This document shows, in pieces, positions 43,273-59,534 of a DNA stretch of 64,000 nucleotides. How positions within the stretch are numbered: the stretch's first letter is position 1; each line of letters begins with the position of its first letter. The position numbers were made by a program, and so were the translations under genes. The DNA is from Eledone cirrhosa (lineage: Eukaryota), in assembly GCA_964016885.1 (NCBI GenBank), contig OZ024740.1, forward strand, positions 148,056,001-148,120,000, written 5' to 3'. The notes beneath the pieces were generated by a model. It saw nothing but the letters and a program-made list of their open reading frames with translations. It ran no database searches and was not told the DNA's origin.

Positions 43273-44164
43273 AATGTGGTTTTATAAATATAGTTTCCAT
43301 TTATTTTATATCATTGAATATTTACCCCAGTAAACTGTTGAGTGCTCTAAATCAGTTATAAACATCTATATTTGTCGGACTTTCAACAAATTAAATACCC
43401 CTTCTACTTATATATATATAGAGAGAGAGGGGGGCTTAGTTGACAGGCAAACCCCTAGCGTAAACATGTGATCAATTGGAATCGTAACCACACAAGATCA
43501 CATGTTTACGCTAAGGGTTTGCCTTTCAAATAAGCCCCTTTTTTTCTTTGTCCGCCTCTTCTTCTCTTCCCCACCACACAATTCTTTCCATAATAGATCT
43601 GTAAGGCCACTGAATCGTGTTATATGGCTATACCATCTGTGTTTTCTTTTCTTCACTATTGTGAGATGGTCTTTATGGGGGCCAATGTGATGTTGGATTG
43701 TTTTATGGACTTGTTCTACATATATGATGCCTAGTATGTTGCAGTAGTACCTCATTTCTAGTACCTGTATTACTCTCTGTATCTCTGCAGTGAGGGTCTA
43801 TGTCACGCATGCGTACAAGAAGAGGGAGAATCCCAGTGCCCACAGAAGTCTGATCTTGTTCTTCATGGTGATATTCATAGTTATACATATTTTTTATTGG
43901 TTTCAGTTTTATGTATCTACACAGCTACATTGTAGTGATGAGACCGTTAACGTTTGTCATGTGGTTGCCTGTTAGGCGTTGATTTCCATTCCAAACACGA
44001 GGAAGCTTTATCAAGGTGCTTAACTAATACGTCCCTTTTTCGTGCCAGATAATCAATATCGTCTGCAAATCTTAGGATTGTGTCATTCCTCCTTCAAATG
44101 TTGACTCTACCGGCATGATCTAGATGTTGAACAGAGAAGTGGTGGAGGACAACCTTGATGGATG

Positions 44165-46684
44165 TATAGCAAAATACTAGTGTGTGTGAGTATAACAAAG
44201 ACGATTGGTTTGTGTGTATAATATTTAATAAACAATTTGTGGATATATATAGAACAGTGTAGTTGACATGTCAATGAATAGATGAAAGAATGAAGCGAAG
44301 TTATTAGTTACCGTTTTGGTTGCCTGGCAGAAGACGCCTGGCAAAGGCCAGGCGCCGGAAAGGCAAGATGAGAGATATAGCGAAATACTGGTGTGTATGA
44401 ATGTAACAAAGACAACTGGTTTGCGTGTATAATATTTAATTAACAATATGTGGATATATAGAACAGTATAGTTAACATGTCAATGAATAGAAGAGAGAAT
44501 GAAACAAAGTTATTAGTTACCGCTTGGTTGCCAGGGTTACACACGCCTGAGTGATGACTCCTGGCGAAGGCCAGGAGGCGCCTGACCGAAAAGGCGAATA
44601 AGAGAGAGAGAACTTAAAGTTGTTAGTTTTATAGGGTTCTGACCGGAAGTTACAGAAAGGGTTCTACTTCCTGTCTAGAGAGCGTTAATCTATTGGGGAT
44701 GTGAGTGTCACAACAAGGGAGGCAACTCCTGCTACATTACTTCCCGCCAGATTTTTAAAATATAAAAATTGAATGAAATATGTATGTAGAAAGTTGGCGA
44801 GAATGTTGTAACAGGCATGAAAATTACAAAAAAAAATAATGTTTGCAAAAATCAATGATAGATATCAAGGTAGCCAACCGCTCTTGGCCAGAGAACGACT
44901 GGACATCTATCTATCCATCACCCAAAGATACAATGTAACAAAGTAAGAGAAGAGCTCAAAGTTCAAATGTACAAAATATAGTTTACAGGTGTGCAATCAC
45001 ATGACAGCAGGAAAGAAAGTGTGTTCCAGAGAATGAATGCAGGTGGTTTCTGTTCTGTGGTATATCGTGAAATTTCCACCCTCCGAATGGATTTTCTCAC
45101 AGGAAGAGTGCTGCAAAAATAAATTCTCTGGCTTGTTCTGCTGGTTTTGGTTGTTGATGAAGCTGTGTTGCTGTTGATGTTGTTGTCTCGCGGAGTGAGC
45201 GTATTCGATGTTTAAATTCACAGTAAAAAAAAATTTTTTTCGGAAAAAATGAGTTGCGCAAAGTGCTAGAAATAACAGCCGAAGTTGATGGTCGATGTTG
45301 AGAATGCGTTGATCTGGAAGAGTCAAGAGGCCAGCGACCAAAGAAATAAGCATTCTGAATAAATGCGCAGTTTTCAACGGCAAATTTACATTGTAAATTT
45401 ATAAACCGGCAAATAGAAGAATATAGCTTAAGGCTGGAGAATCCTTGGCGAGAAACGTTATCCCTGGCCTGTGGCTACCTCAGTGAATCGAGAATCCTAC
45501 ACGTGCCAAAACAAGGTTAAGTTGAAAAAATAATATTTTTAATGCGCGAGAAAATGGCGCGAAAATGAAAATGCAACAGGTCGTTGGCAGCCATTTTGAA
45601 AAAATGTGTGTGTGAAAGTGACAATGATGAAAAAGAAAGAAAGGCTTCACTTAGCATAACAAATATGGCGAGTTCAATTTGTTTTTTTTTAATTTTTGGT
45701 GTGAACTTTGAAAAAAACTTGAACGATGAAGAAAACGATGAAAAAAAAAGGCAATGGTTGAGGTTCATCGAAAATAAATGTTCCTGTTGAAATAAAAAAA
45801 ATAAAAAATCAAATTTCTTTTTTTTTGTTTGTTTTTAAAGTGTTCGTTGTAAGAAACGAGAAACATATATATATATCGTGAAATGCGAGTTAGTTGATGC
45901 GTGAGAGAAAAAGTCTGTCTGAACGCGAATTTCACATGTGCGTGGTGTGTTCGTTTCTTTGACTGCGTATTTTCATAGTTTGTTAATAAAATTTTGCTGT
46001 GTATTCGTAATGTTACTCACACAACACCAGATTCTGCTATTTTTTTCTTTTCTCGGGGTCACCACTTATAACAGTGAACGGCTGCGTGTTCGTATCACGT
46101 TGGGGTCACCAATTATAGCAAAATAGTAGTGTGTGTGAATATAACAAAGACGATTGATTTGTGTGTATAATATTTAATAAACAATTTGTGGATATATATA
46201 GAACAGTATAGTTGCATATCAATGAATAGATGAAAGAATGAAGCAAAGTTACTAGTTACCGTTTTGGTTGCCTGGCAGAAGACGCCTGGCAAAGGCCAGG
46301 CGCTGGAAAGGCAAAATGAGAGATATAGCGAAATACTGATGTGTATGAATGTAACAAAGACAATTGGTTTGTGTGTATAATATTTAATTAACAATATGTG
46401 GATATATAGAACAGTATAGTTGACATGTCAATGAATAGATGAGAGAATGAAACAAAGTTATTAGTTACCGCTTGGTTGCCAGGGTTACACACGCCTAAGT
46501 GATGACTCCTGGCGAAGGCCAGGAGGCGCCTGACCGAAAAGGCGAATAAGAGAGAGAGAACTTAAAGTTGTTAGTTTTATAGGGTTCTGACCGGAAGTTA
46601 CAGAAAGGGTTCTACTTCCTGTCTAGAGAGCGTTAAATTATTGGGGATGTGAGTGTCAAAACAAGGGAGGCAACTCCTGCTACA
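44165..46684 (-). mobile_element. Complete non-autonomous LTR retroelement (2.5 kb, TRIM/LARD-like, Ty3/gypsy-type signals)
   Basis: Near-identical LTRs at 44165-44736 and 46114-46684 (TGTAGC...GCTATA on minus), 4-bp TSD GATG (44161-64, 46685-88), PBS 46094-46111 and PPT GGCGGGAAGTAA 44737-48. No pol ORF. Confidence 0.92.
46094..46111 (-). promoter_or_regulatory. Primer-binding site complementary to tRNA-Trp 3' end
   Basis: TGGTGACCCCAACGTGAT matches the tRNA-Trp PBS TGGTGACCCCGACGTGAT at 17/18 positions and lies 2 nt from the LTR end. Confidence 0.85.
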
Positions 46685-48775
46685 GATGCTTAGAGGATTA
46701 TGAAAGCATTCTCCGATGGTGTATTGTGCGATCATTGCACTGATTGCTTTAGCATAAAGAGGCATGAATCGAATTTTGCCCCATGATAAATTTCATCATG
46801 TTGGCCCATTGGACATCATGTCAGAGTCTATCTAATACCTCCTTGAATGAAGTCTATTGAGCTCTTTCTAACGTTGAATATATTTATTGTAGAGAATGCG
46901 GAGGCTGAATGTTCGCTCAGTAGTGCTTGTGCTTCAACCTTTACTGAGGCCCGCTTGTTCTTCGGATATGATGGTTGTCTGAGGTTTCAGTCTATTCAGA
47001 ATGACTCTGAGCATTACTTTGCATGCATGGTTGACCTTGTTGATGATATGGTAGTTCTGGTATTGTTGGTTGTTGCTTTTCTTGGGAAGGAAGTACTAGA
47101 ATCAGTGGCTTAATCCAGAGTGTTGGCCATTCACCAGCCTGCTAGCTCTTATTGCAGAATACTGCAAGTAAGTCTATACTAGCTTCACGTCCCTGCTTCA
47201 GTAATCAAGCAAGGATGTCTTTCAGCGATCTTACTGTGGTTTTGGCGTCTCGCAGAATAGAATAGTCATCCTCATTAGAAGCTCATAGGAAGAAGCCTGT
47301 ACGTACAGCACATTGGTCTCCCCTTTGTTTTGGAACTGTACCGTTCTGAATAATGCTCTGTCCATCTTCCAATAAATTATTTTTCTTCTGTGAGTGTTTT
47401 AGCTTTTTGTCCATTATGGGGTTGACTTTCCGTTTCCTTTCTTTGATAAGACTTTTTACCAGCTGAAATATTTTCCTTTAGTTGTTTTTATAAAGGCTAA
47501 CCCCAATGTCTTCACATTGCTAAGCGATCAATCATTACTCCTTTGCCTCCCTTATTTCACTTTTACTTTCTCTGTTAAGTTTTTAAGACATGTCCTTTTC
47601 TGTGTAGTGCCTTTTTCTATCCCTATTTTCCTTTTTATGTCATGCATATCTAAAATCTTGTTCGTGCCTCATGGTTTGAATTTCTAGCGGCTTTTCTTCA
47701 GAATCTCGCTAGCTGTCTCTGTCTTGGTAGTTTTAAACTTCAGTGTGGTAGTCTCGATGTTATCTTAAAAGAGGAGTAACAGTGCATACCACCCACCAAT
47801 CATTGCATAAAATTGGTCAGAGATAGCAAGATTTTCAAATTTTTTCAAGATAGAATCTTACTCAACATTTATTTTTGGTGGATGCTGGGGTGCTGATTCT
47901 TCTCAAACACATTCTGAAGTTCATCAGGACGATGTCATGATCATTACCAATATCTGATCCTGTCAATATCCTCGTCTGTCTATTTACTCCAATTTTAAAC
48001 TGCTTTTGAACTAGCATATAGACAATTGATGTGATCAGTTGGGGCATGCCAGGTTCAGGTACAAGATACTTTGAGTTTATCAAGGGTATAGAACAGCAAC
48101 ATATTGTTGAGTAGCAAATTCCTGTAGGCGCTGTCTCTTTTCATTTGGAGTGTCGTAGCATAAATGGTCAACGAAATCGCGAGATACAGAGATACATCTG
48201 GTATCTCCCTGGGCTCTGTGAAACCAGATGGAAGAGCATGGGAGACATACAGACAGTGGAAAGGCATGTACTCTAAATCAGCAGAGAGGAAAGCAGTTAT
48301 GCAAATGGTCAAAAAGTCCATAAAAACACTAGGCTGTTAATCAATATCAAGTAGGCTTATGGCCATCTGCCAGTAAGCAAATTCTTTCAGCATAAGAATG
48401 GCCTCAAGTCTGCGCGCCAACAACAGACTATAAGAATGAATATTTTGAAAGATTCTATAAAGAACTTGTAATTGACCAGACTGACAATAAAGACATACTG
48501 AACATACAGGATAGCTGGAATACCAAGGTGGGGAGGGATGCACATGACGATAGAGAAGGGGATTTCATCGACTCTTTATTTAAATATATGTATATTCAAA
48601 ATCTAAAATCCAGGGCCTTCTCTTTCCTGGTGGAGGAAGCTCTCCTTGGGTGACCTCCACCACTCCCTATCTGTGGCCATATTCAGAGATAGGAAGCGGT
48701 GGGTACGAAAGTGTGTGTATGCTCTTATATTTGTTTATATTTGTATGTATGTGGGGTTTTATATATATATATATG

Positions 48776-48837
<62 letters not shown>

Positions 48838-48840
<3 letters not shown>

Positions 48841-51560
48841 GGACATCACTACAGATGAATTGAACATCATTCTCACCGCAAGAAAAACTATCCTGGAATT
48901 CAACAACGAAGACTGGACAAGAGCTGATACTTCCAACAATTTTGACATCACCATGTGTTCGTCGGATTCAGCGCAATTGACGCTTTTGGTTGGAATCTTC
49001 ATTTTTAACTCTTTAAATCGGAAAATTCCTCAACTTCGCGGTGAAATTTATCGTGACGATGCCCTTTTTACTGTCTTAAACTGTAACATAGTAAACCTTA
49101 ATATTATCAAGAATAATATACTTGATCTATTTAAGCACCTTAACCTAAAAATTGAATTTGAGAACAACGTTAAATTAGCTAACTTCCTAGATATATCCCT
49201 TAATCTTGACACCGGCCTATATTACCCATACCATAAGGATAATGAGAACCTAAATTATGTAAACTTTAAATCAAACCACCCTATTAATGTTAAAACTGCT
49301 ATAGTCAGAAATGTTGAAAAAAGAATTTCTAATCTATCTTCTAATAAACTTATCTTTGACGCTAAAGCCAATTATTACAATAACGTGCTATCCAGAGCTT
49401 GCTATCCAGACAGAATTAAATACACTAATGAAACCAATCATGGCGGAACTTATAGTAATATAGTTAGCTATAAGCATTCCAATAATATAATGAGGAGACC
49501 CAGATATAAAAATATTATTTGGTACAACGCTCCTTTTTCTCTTTCTATTATTAGTAATATTCCTAAATTATTTTTTAGGGCGTTAGACAAATGCTTCCCT
49601 CCTTCACATATTTATAGTAAGATTTTTAATAAGCACACAATTAAATTCTCTTATTCCACCACTTCCCACGTTTCTAACATTATCTCAAAACATAATACTA
49701 AAATATTAAAGAATAACTCATATCCATCCAATCCTGAGCGTCATAGTAATAACACTATAAGGCCCGACGTCAATCTAAACTCTAGACAAGATAACTTAAG
49801 TATAAATACGACGTCAAACGTAATTTTGATGAATGCTCCTAGACAAGATATCTTAAATATTAATACGACGTCAAACGTTTTTTCGATGAATGCTCCTAAT
49901 AGTAATCTAAATCAGGAAACATCAGCACCTCCTTTAGTTATTTTCTCCACTACAATTCCTTCTATAAATAATTCTGGGCCACTTGAAAGTAACTCTGTTA
50001 ATAACATTAATCGTAAATGCAATTGCCCTAATAGAACTAAATGTCCTCTTAATAATTACTGTCTCGATAAAAATTTAGTATACGAATGTAAAGTAACAAC
50101 TAGTACCAATTCTTATACCTACTTTGGCTCTACTTCTACTTCCTTTAAGGCAATATTATATAATCATTCTTCATCTTTTAAATACCCACTTAAAAGAACA
50201 AACACTGCACTCTCGGAATTCATCTGGTCCTTAAAAGACAAAAACATTAATTACAAAATTTCTTGGTGTAAAATTTGCAATGCTTCTCCTTATTCCAACG
50301 CTTCCATATCTAGAACTTGTAATTTATGTCTAGCGGAAAAATTTACCATTATCTCTAATTTTAACTCTATAATAAATAGACGCACAGATTTATTTTCGCT
50401 TTGCATCCATAAATCGCTTAGGTCATTTCACGAAGTATACAGCTAATATTTTACTCCATAATTAAGATTAAAAACTTTTTCTCACACATATATATCTTTT
50501 TTACACATATACCCCGTTTTTTCTCGTATATTTCAGTACATTCTAAAAAGTTCATTCATACTATAACGTTTTTGGACCCCTAAGTTTTTAATTTTTTAAT
50601 TTTTTAATTTTTAATTTTTAATTCACTATAGCAAACTCCTTTATCTTCTTGGGGATACAACATTTTTTTAAATAGTTCATCTTTATATCTTTTTTCTCAA
50701 TATTACTTTTTCCTAAGCCGCTATATTTCCCAATTTTTTACTTCAAATCTAGCAATATTAACATTAGGTGAATTTTGTAAACAAATTTTGACGTCATTTA
50801 GCCTTCTTGGATTTTACTTTTTTTCTTCTTCTCTCTCTCCGTACTTGTCTTTGCTAAAATAATTACTTCTTCACAGACATACTTTTTCAATTACATTCTA
50901 TTTAAACAAACTTTGACCTTATATAGTCTTCTAAGCTTATTAACCTTATAAATCATTAAATTTATTTTTATTCACCTTATCTTATTTTACTTTAGTTTAT
51001 CTTAATAATACACTTTAATAAAACATTTTCGCATATCTTAATAAATACTTCAGTATATAAACCATATATAAACCCTAAATAATTAGTATACTTAATTTCT
51101 ATATCTGTAATCATAAACATCATCACTCATAAAACTCAATTTTTAATTTTTAATTTTTTTATTTATTTATAAATTTACAACCATTTTTTCAGTTATTGTT
51201 CAGTGGAGACAGCGTTTTTCAGTTTAAATGTTTCTCACCCCCCCTCTCTCTCCTTTCTCTTTCTCTATCCTCCCTCCTTCTTATACTCTTCCTCCGTTAT
51301 CCTTTCCCTCTTTTTTCTCCTTTCTTCCTCTTCCTTTTTCCCCCTTCCTTCCCCTTTTTTCCAATCTTCTATATCCGTTTAAATTTATTTATCATATGTT
51401 GATTAGACACTACCTTGTTAACAAGTGTTTTTTAAGCATCATATCATGCCTTCCTATTTTATCTGATGAGAACGCAAATATCGTCCCAGGATGATATTTG
51501 TTTTTGAAATGCGCATAATAAAATGCATGGAACTTTTTTCACCATCTTTTAATTTCTTCT
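48838..51560 (+). mobile_element. Penelope-like element C (Hydra-clade-like), 5'-truncated, with an open RT-GIY-YIG frame to 50446
   Basis: FDITMCSSDSAQ, GEIYRDDAL, NFLDISLNL, SNHP, IIWYNAPFS, CNCPNRTKCPL..CL..NLVY..YTYFGST..FK..NH, CNLCLAEK. Starts in (TA)n. Confidence 0.92.
51451..51532 (+). ncRNA. Type I hammerhead ribozyme in PLE C 3' pLTR
   Basis: ATTTTAT CTGATGA [16-position stem II, one mismatch, CCAG loop] GAA ATGCGCAT A ATAAAAT: palindromic stem III, predicted cleavage after 51517. Confidence 0.88.
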
Positions 51561-51586
51561 TATATATATATATATATATATGTGTG

Positions 51587-51767
51587 TGAATAGAAATAGA
51601 CAAGGGTTAAAATGTCCTCTTCAGTAGTCTTCTGATTTATCGTTGGTATTTCGACAATGCGTCGAAATACCAACGATAAATCAGAAGACTACTGAAGAGG
51701 ACATTTTAACCCTTGTCTATTTTTATTCATATATTCATGTTCGCAACAACGCAGCACGCCATTTTTC

Positions 51768-51770
<3 letters not shown>
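51587..51770 (+). mobile_element. Fold-back fragment of the scrambled-HHR mini-element family (copy D)
   Basis: About 69-bp near-perfect hairpin (51587-51655 / 51661-51729, loop AATGC). The right arm reads TGCGTC GAAATACC...AGACTA CTGAAGA GGACA and continues TTCGCAACAACGCAGCACGCCATTTT as at 27.4 kb. Confidence 0.75.
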
Positions 51771-51823
<53 letters not shown>

Positions 51824-52744
51824 TTGCTGACCGACTAGCACTTAATACTACACGTGGGGTACCGACACCGACTTGAAAATTTAGTCGTAAGGTCTATTTT
51901 CGGAAACCCCTCAGAGAACTACTGGCTGATGAGAGTTCCCTTATCCGGAACTTGCTGGTTATGGATTCATATACATTTGAAGTTTTGTATCCCGGCGGAT
52001 TGGTCTTCTATTATAATTCGATTTTCATTTATGATGCTTTATACAAATATGAAGCAACTCCAGTACTTGACCTTGGTGGAATTTGAGGTTAGATGAAAAG
52101 GTACGTAACTAAATACGGCAAAACACTGAGGTCTTCCTATAATCCAGCCAGATTGTTTGATAATCACTGAAGATGTCAAGACAGTAGAGATGAAGAGCTG
52201 CAATCTAACGAATATACTTATCAGCTATACGATTTCCGTTCTTCACTACTCTAAATCCACTGAAATAAGATTGTGCTGTTTATTCACAGCCGCACAGACT
52301 GGATGAGCGGGAATTGATGAAAGTATAATATAACTACAGTTATCTGGCTAATAAGCCGACAAATTATCGACTTTTTCGATTGTGATTTCTAAGCAAATAT
52401 ACATAGCTAGATACATCTGCTGATTTTAAAGAAATTCATTAACTCCCCCTCTTTCTCGTGCACACACACATTCTCTCTTTCACGTTTTATCTCACCCTCT
52501 CCGTCTCACATTATTTCTCCCACTTCTTATCTCTCTCACCCCTCTCTCTCACACGCACACTCTCTTCACCTATCTATTTTTTCATACATAGCACATACAT
52601 ACCTATATGTAATTAAGACCGTCAATTGCCTTGACTTGATCGTAAATACATTCAACCAAAACTCAAGGCAACTTAAACTATACACTTATTTTCGACGTCA
52701 TTCATTAGACTGAGACCACACACACACATCCTTCTTAATCATAC

Positions 52745-52868
<124 letters not shown>

Positions 52869-52963
52869 GAGGTTGGTAATGGCACATGGAATATATAAGA
52901 GACAGAATACTTTTTTGTGAAAAAACATATAATTTTATAAGGTAAGGAAATAATAAAGGGTAT

Positions 52964-53016
52964 AAAAAATGACCGGTTTCGATGGGTCTGCAAAAGCCAT
53001 CTTTTCAAATGTTGAT
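52964..53016 (-). ncRNA. Hammerhead core variant U3-A8 (PLE E inverted pLTR)
   Basis: TTGAAAA GATGG-cttttgcagac-CCATC GAA ACCGGT C. Stem I is weak. A second copy at 60821-60873 (+) has ACCAGT. Confidence 0.55.
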
Positions 53017-53357
53017 TAATATTAAGAAAATTAATAATAAGAAGAGATAAAATTTGAGATTTGAAAATTCAAGTATAAAATTCAGTGTGGGATTTCATAG
53101 TAGTTTTCATCTTGGTAGCAGCAAGTTGACTGCTGTGTGCCTTTCTGGTAGTGAATGTGGAGTTATTTGGGGGAGTGGGTTATTTTATAAAGGTCAGATT
53201 TAGCAATGGCCAGATGGCCAGCTGCTGGTCAGTGAGTGGGTGGAAGCAATATACATACATATATCTCCCTGTGGTCGGTAGGAGAGTGGAGAGTGATAGA
53301 AAGGGATTTAGTGCACTTACACCTATATATACACACATACCCTCATCCACACACACA

Positions 53358-53390
<33 letters not shown>

Positions 53391-53400
53391 ACATATATAT

Positions 53401-56587
<3,187 letters not shown>

Positions 56588-56791
56588 TATACATATACAC
56601 ACATACATACACACACACATACATATACATACCCACATACACACACACACATATATACATACACACACACACGCACACACACACATATATATATATATAT
56701 GTACATACACATATATACACACACATATATATACACATATATATATACACACACGCACACATACATACACAATACAAACACACACATACAC

Positions 56792-56836
<45 letters not shown>

Positions 56837-56959
56837 CACATACGCATACATCCAGATACACACATACATACACACACACACACAATACATACACATACAT
56901 ACACCCACATGCACACACATACACACACACACACACACATACACATACATACACCCACA

Positions 56960-59534
56960 CAGAAGAAATCCACCCAGACCACTTGAAATCACAACAGAAC
57001 TTACCCACAACCACACCAGACATCACCCTCAATCCAACAAAAGACAACCCCCCAACCTCAACACTCTGTACCACAGAAATAACGCACCCAGACCACATGA
57101 ACCAACAACAGAACCCTTGCTCATCAACAACCACAGCACATACCACCCCCACCATCACATTAACCCTCATGAAACAACAAGCTACAGACCCACACGCAAC
57201 AGACCAACAAAATATAATCACACACAAAACTACATTCCTTTTTTAGGGAAAAGCCTGAAATACCAGGATACTCGATGCCCCCCCCCTCAGGAGAAACCAA
57301 AAATAATCAACCTCTCAAAGACACCTCTAACCAACACACAAATCAACATTTTAAGTAAGGGCCTGAAATTTACACCTACACCACGTAAACCAAACTTCCC
57401 CGAAATGAAGGATGACATCATGGAATACTGCCGAAAGCTGCGACTAACGGAATTCTTCCACAACGACACCAACACCGAAGATGAATCACTGGTTAGAAAT
57501 AAAAGCAATTTCTGCCCACAAAAGGGAAGAAATAATGCACTGGACACGTACTGCGAACACATCACCAACTTTCCCTATGAAAAAATTATAAATAAACACA
57601 CGAAATCAAACCTATCTACACACGAATGGGAAGAATTATTCACACTTAGAAACAACCCTGAGATAACCATCAAAGAAGCCGATAAAGGCAGTACTGTTGT
57701 CATTATGAATACGGACTACTATAGGACCATCGCACTTAACAATTTAGAAAACAACACATACTATGAAAAAACAGAAAACTACAAACACACCAAAACAATG
57801 GGGAACCTTTTGACCTTACTGAATAAATACCGCAACAGCTTAACCACAAAAGAGTTTAACTATATAAGCCACTTCAAATGCAATACAAGCTCTTTTTACG
57901 GCTTACCGAAACTCCACAAATGTAAACCCATAAACGATGCATGTGACACCTCAACCAACAATTACATTGAACTAACACCACCAGAAGACCTAAAACTCAG
58001 GCCAATTTTAGCAGGCCCTACATGTGAAACCCACAGACTTAGCAACTTTCTGGACATCCTACTGAAACCCTTTCTACAACATATACAGAGCTACATACGA
58101 GATGACCTTGACATGCTGAAGCACCTCCCTAAAACAGTAAGTGCAAATACAATTCTTGTCTCCTTTGACGTAATAAACCTCTACACAAACATACCCCACA
58201 ACTATGGAATAACCGCAGTCCAATACTGGCTTAACACACACCCATCAGAAATACCGACACGCATCAAGAAAGATTTTATCACTGACGGACTCCGCTTTAT
58301 CCTACAAAATAACTACTTCACATTCAATGGTTCAACATACAGACAAGTATCAGGTACTGCAATGGGCACGAAAGTAGCACCCACATATGCCAACCTAGTC
58401 ATGGGATTCCATGAACAACAAATATACAGTCAGTCCCTTCTCTTATTTGGAGACTCTTTCCACACACACCTCAAAGCCAATTGGAAAAGATATCTAGACG
58501 ACTGCTTTATCCTATGGCAAGAAGACATGAACTCACTTACTATGTTTAAAAACATGATAAACAACATAGATAATAACATACAATTCACAATGGAATCCAA
58601 TCCCAAGGAATTAGCCTTCTTGGATATTCTCATCTCTGTAATAGACGGGAAATTAGATACAGATATATTCTATAAACCCACAGATTCCAAGCAATACCTC
58701 TTTTTCACATCAAGTCACCCAAAACATACAAAACTTAACATTCCTTACAATTTGGCCAAACGTATATGTACCATAGTATCAGATCCACCTAAACGGGAGC
58801 AAAGACTAAAGGAACTAAAAGCCTTTCCACTTGAAATAATCAACAATGGAATAGACAGGGCAAAACACCTAAATCCCCATCAACTTAACAATCCAAAACA
58901 GAAAACCACACTCAACACCCTGCCATATGTATCCACTTTCAACCCCAGAAATACCGAAATGTTTGATCACCTACACAAAAACCTCCCCATCCTACTTAAA
59001 GATGTAAAAATGAAGTCTATTCTTGAAACACACAAGATCCTTAAAAGTAAAAGACAACCCAAATCACTAAAACGCATTCTCACTGGACCAAATATACCCA
59101 AACCAATCCTCAACCCTACAGTTACCAAATGTGGTAGAACAAACTGTGGAACGTGCCTCTACCTCACTGAAGGACACAAATTTACATTTAAAGATGGCCA
59201 AACATTTACAGTAAAAAACAATTTCACCTGCAACTCGGAGAACTTGATTTACGCAATAACTTGCGGTGGGTGCAAACACAACTACATAGGACAGACGGGC
59301 ACCTCATTACGCAAAAGAATGACCATCCACCGCCAACAAATCCGGGACGCTAACACAAGAAAAATCCCCTTGAGCAGCCATATTGCGAACTGCGCAGGAA
59401 TGACACTACCCAACTTTAAAATCTTCCCCTTCTACAAGTGCTCAGATTCGTTCACACAGCAACAAAGAATAAACAAAGAAAATCTATTCCTTAACAAATT
59501 TAAACCAAAACTAAACGGGTTATCACCCCAATAG
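56960..59534 (+). CDS. PLE E reverse transcriptase plus GIY-YIG endonuclease, uninterrupted about 858 codons, 5'-truncated
   Basis: [122 protein letters not shown]. Confidence 0.9.

Larger units (their letters stand above)
38850..43410 (-). mobile_element. Penelope-like element B (Hydra-clade-like), near full length and decayed, with a 1-kb inverted pLTR
   Basis: N-terminal SLKDVPLP..FIRRLRWHAFHF, KSDKTNN, DIANYYSFI, MGSSDSAQ, GGLYRVD, NFLDVTLNL, CNCRIKSNCPL, TSLSNQIWNLK. 38851-39877 is the inverted copy of 42279-43300. Confidence 0.92.
43430..48060 (-). mobile_element. Decayed RTE-like LINE, interrupted by the LTR element at 44165-46684
   Basis: Minus-strand remnants DIGNDHDIV (endonuclease), NYRTISLINHASKVML-like sequence at about 47000-47060, FIDFK at about 46850, RFADDID at about 44060-44075, and LTIVKKRKHRWYSHITR. 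Confidence 0.8.

Noticed and set aside
44520-44600. Ribozyme in the LTRs (LTR retrozyme)
   Set aside because: GTGATGA is followed by a hairpin, but there is no GAAA/NUH in register and no twister or HDV consensus that I could fit.
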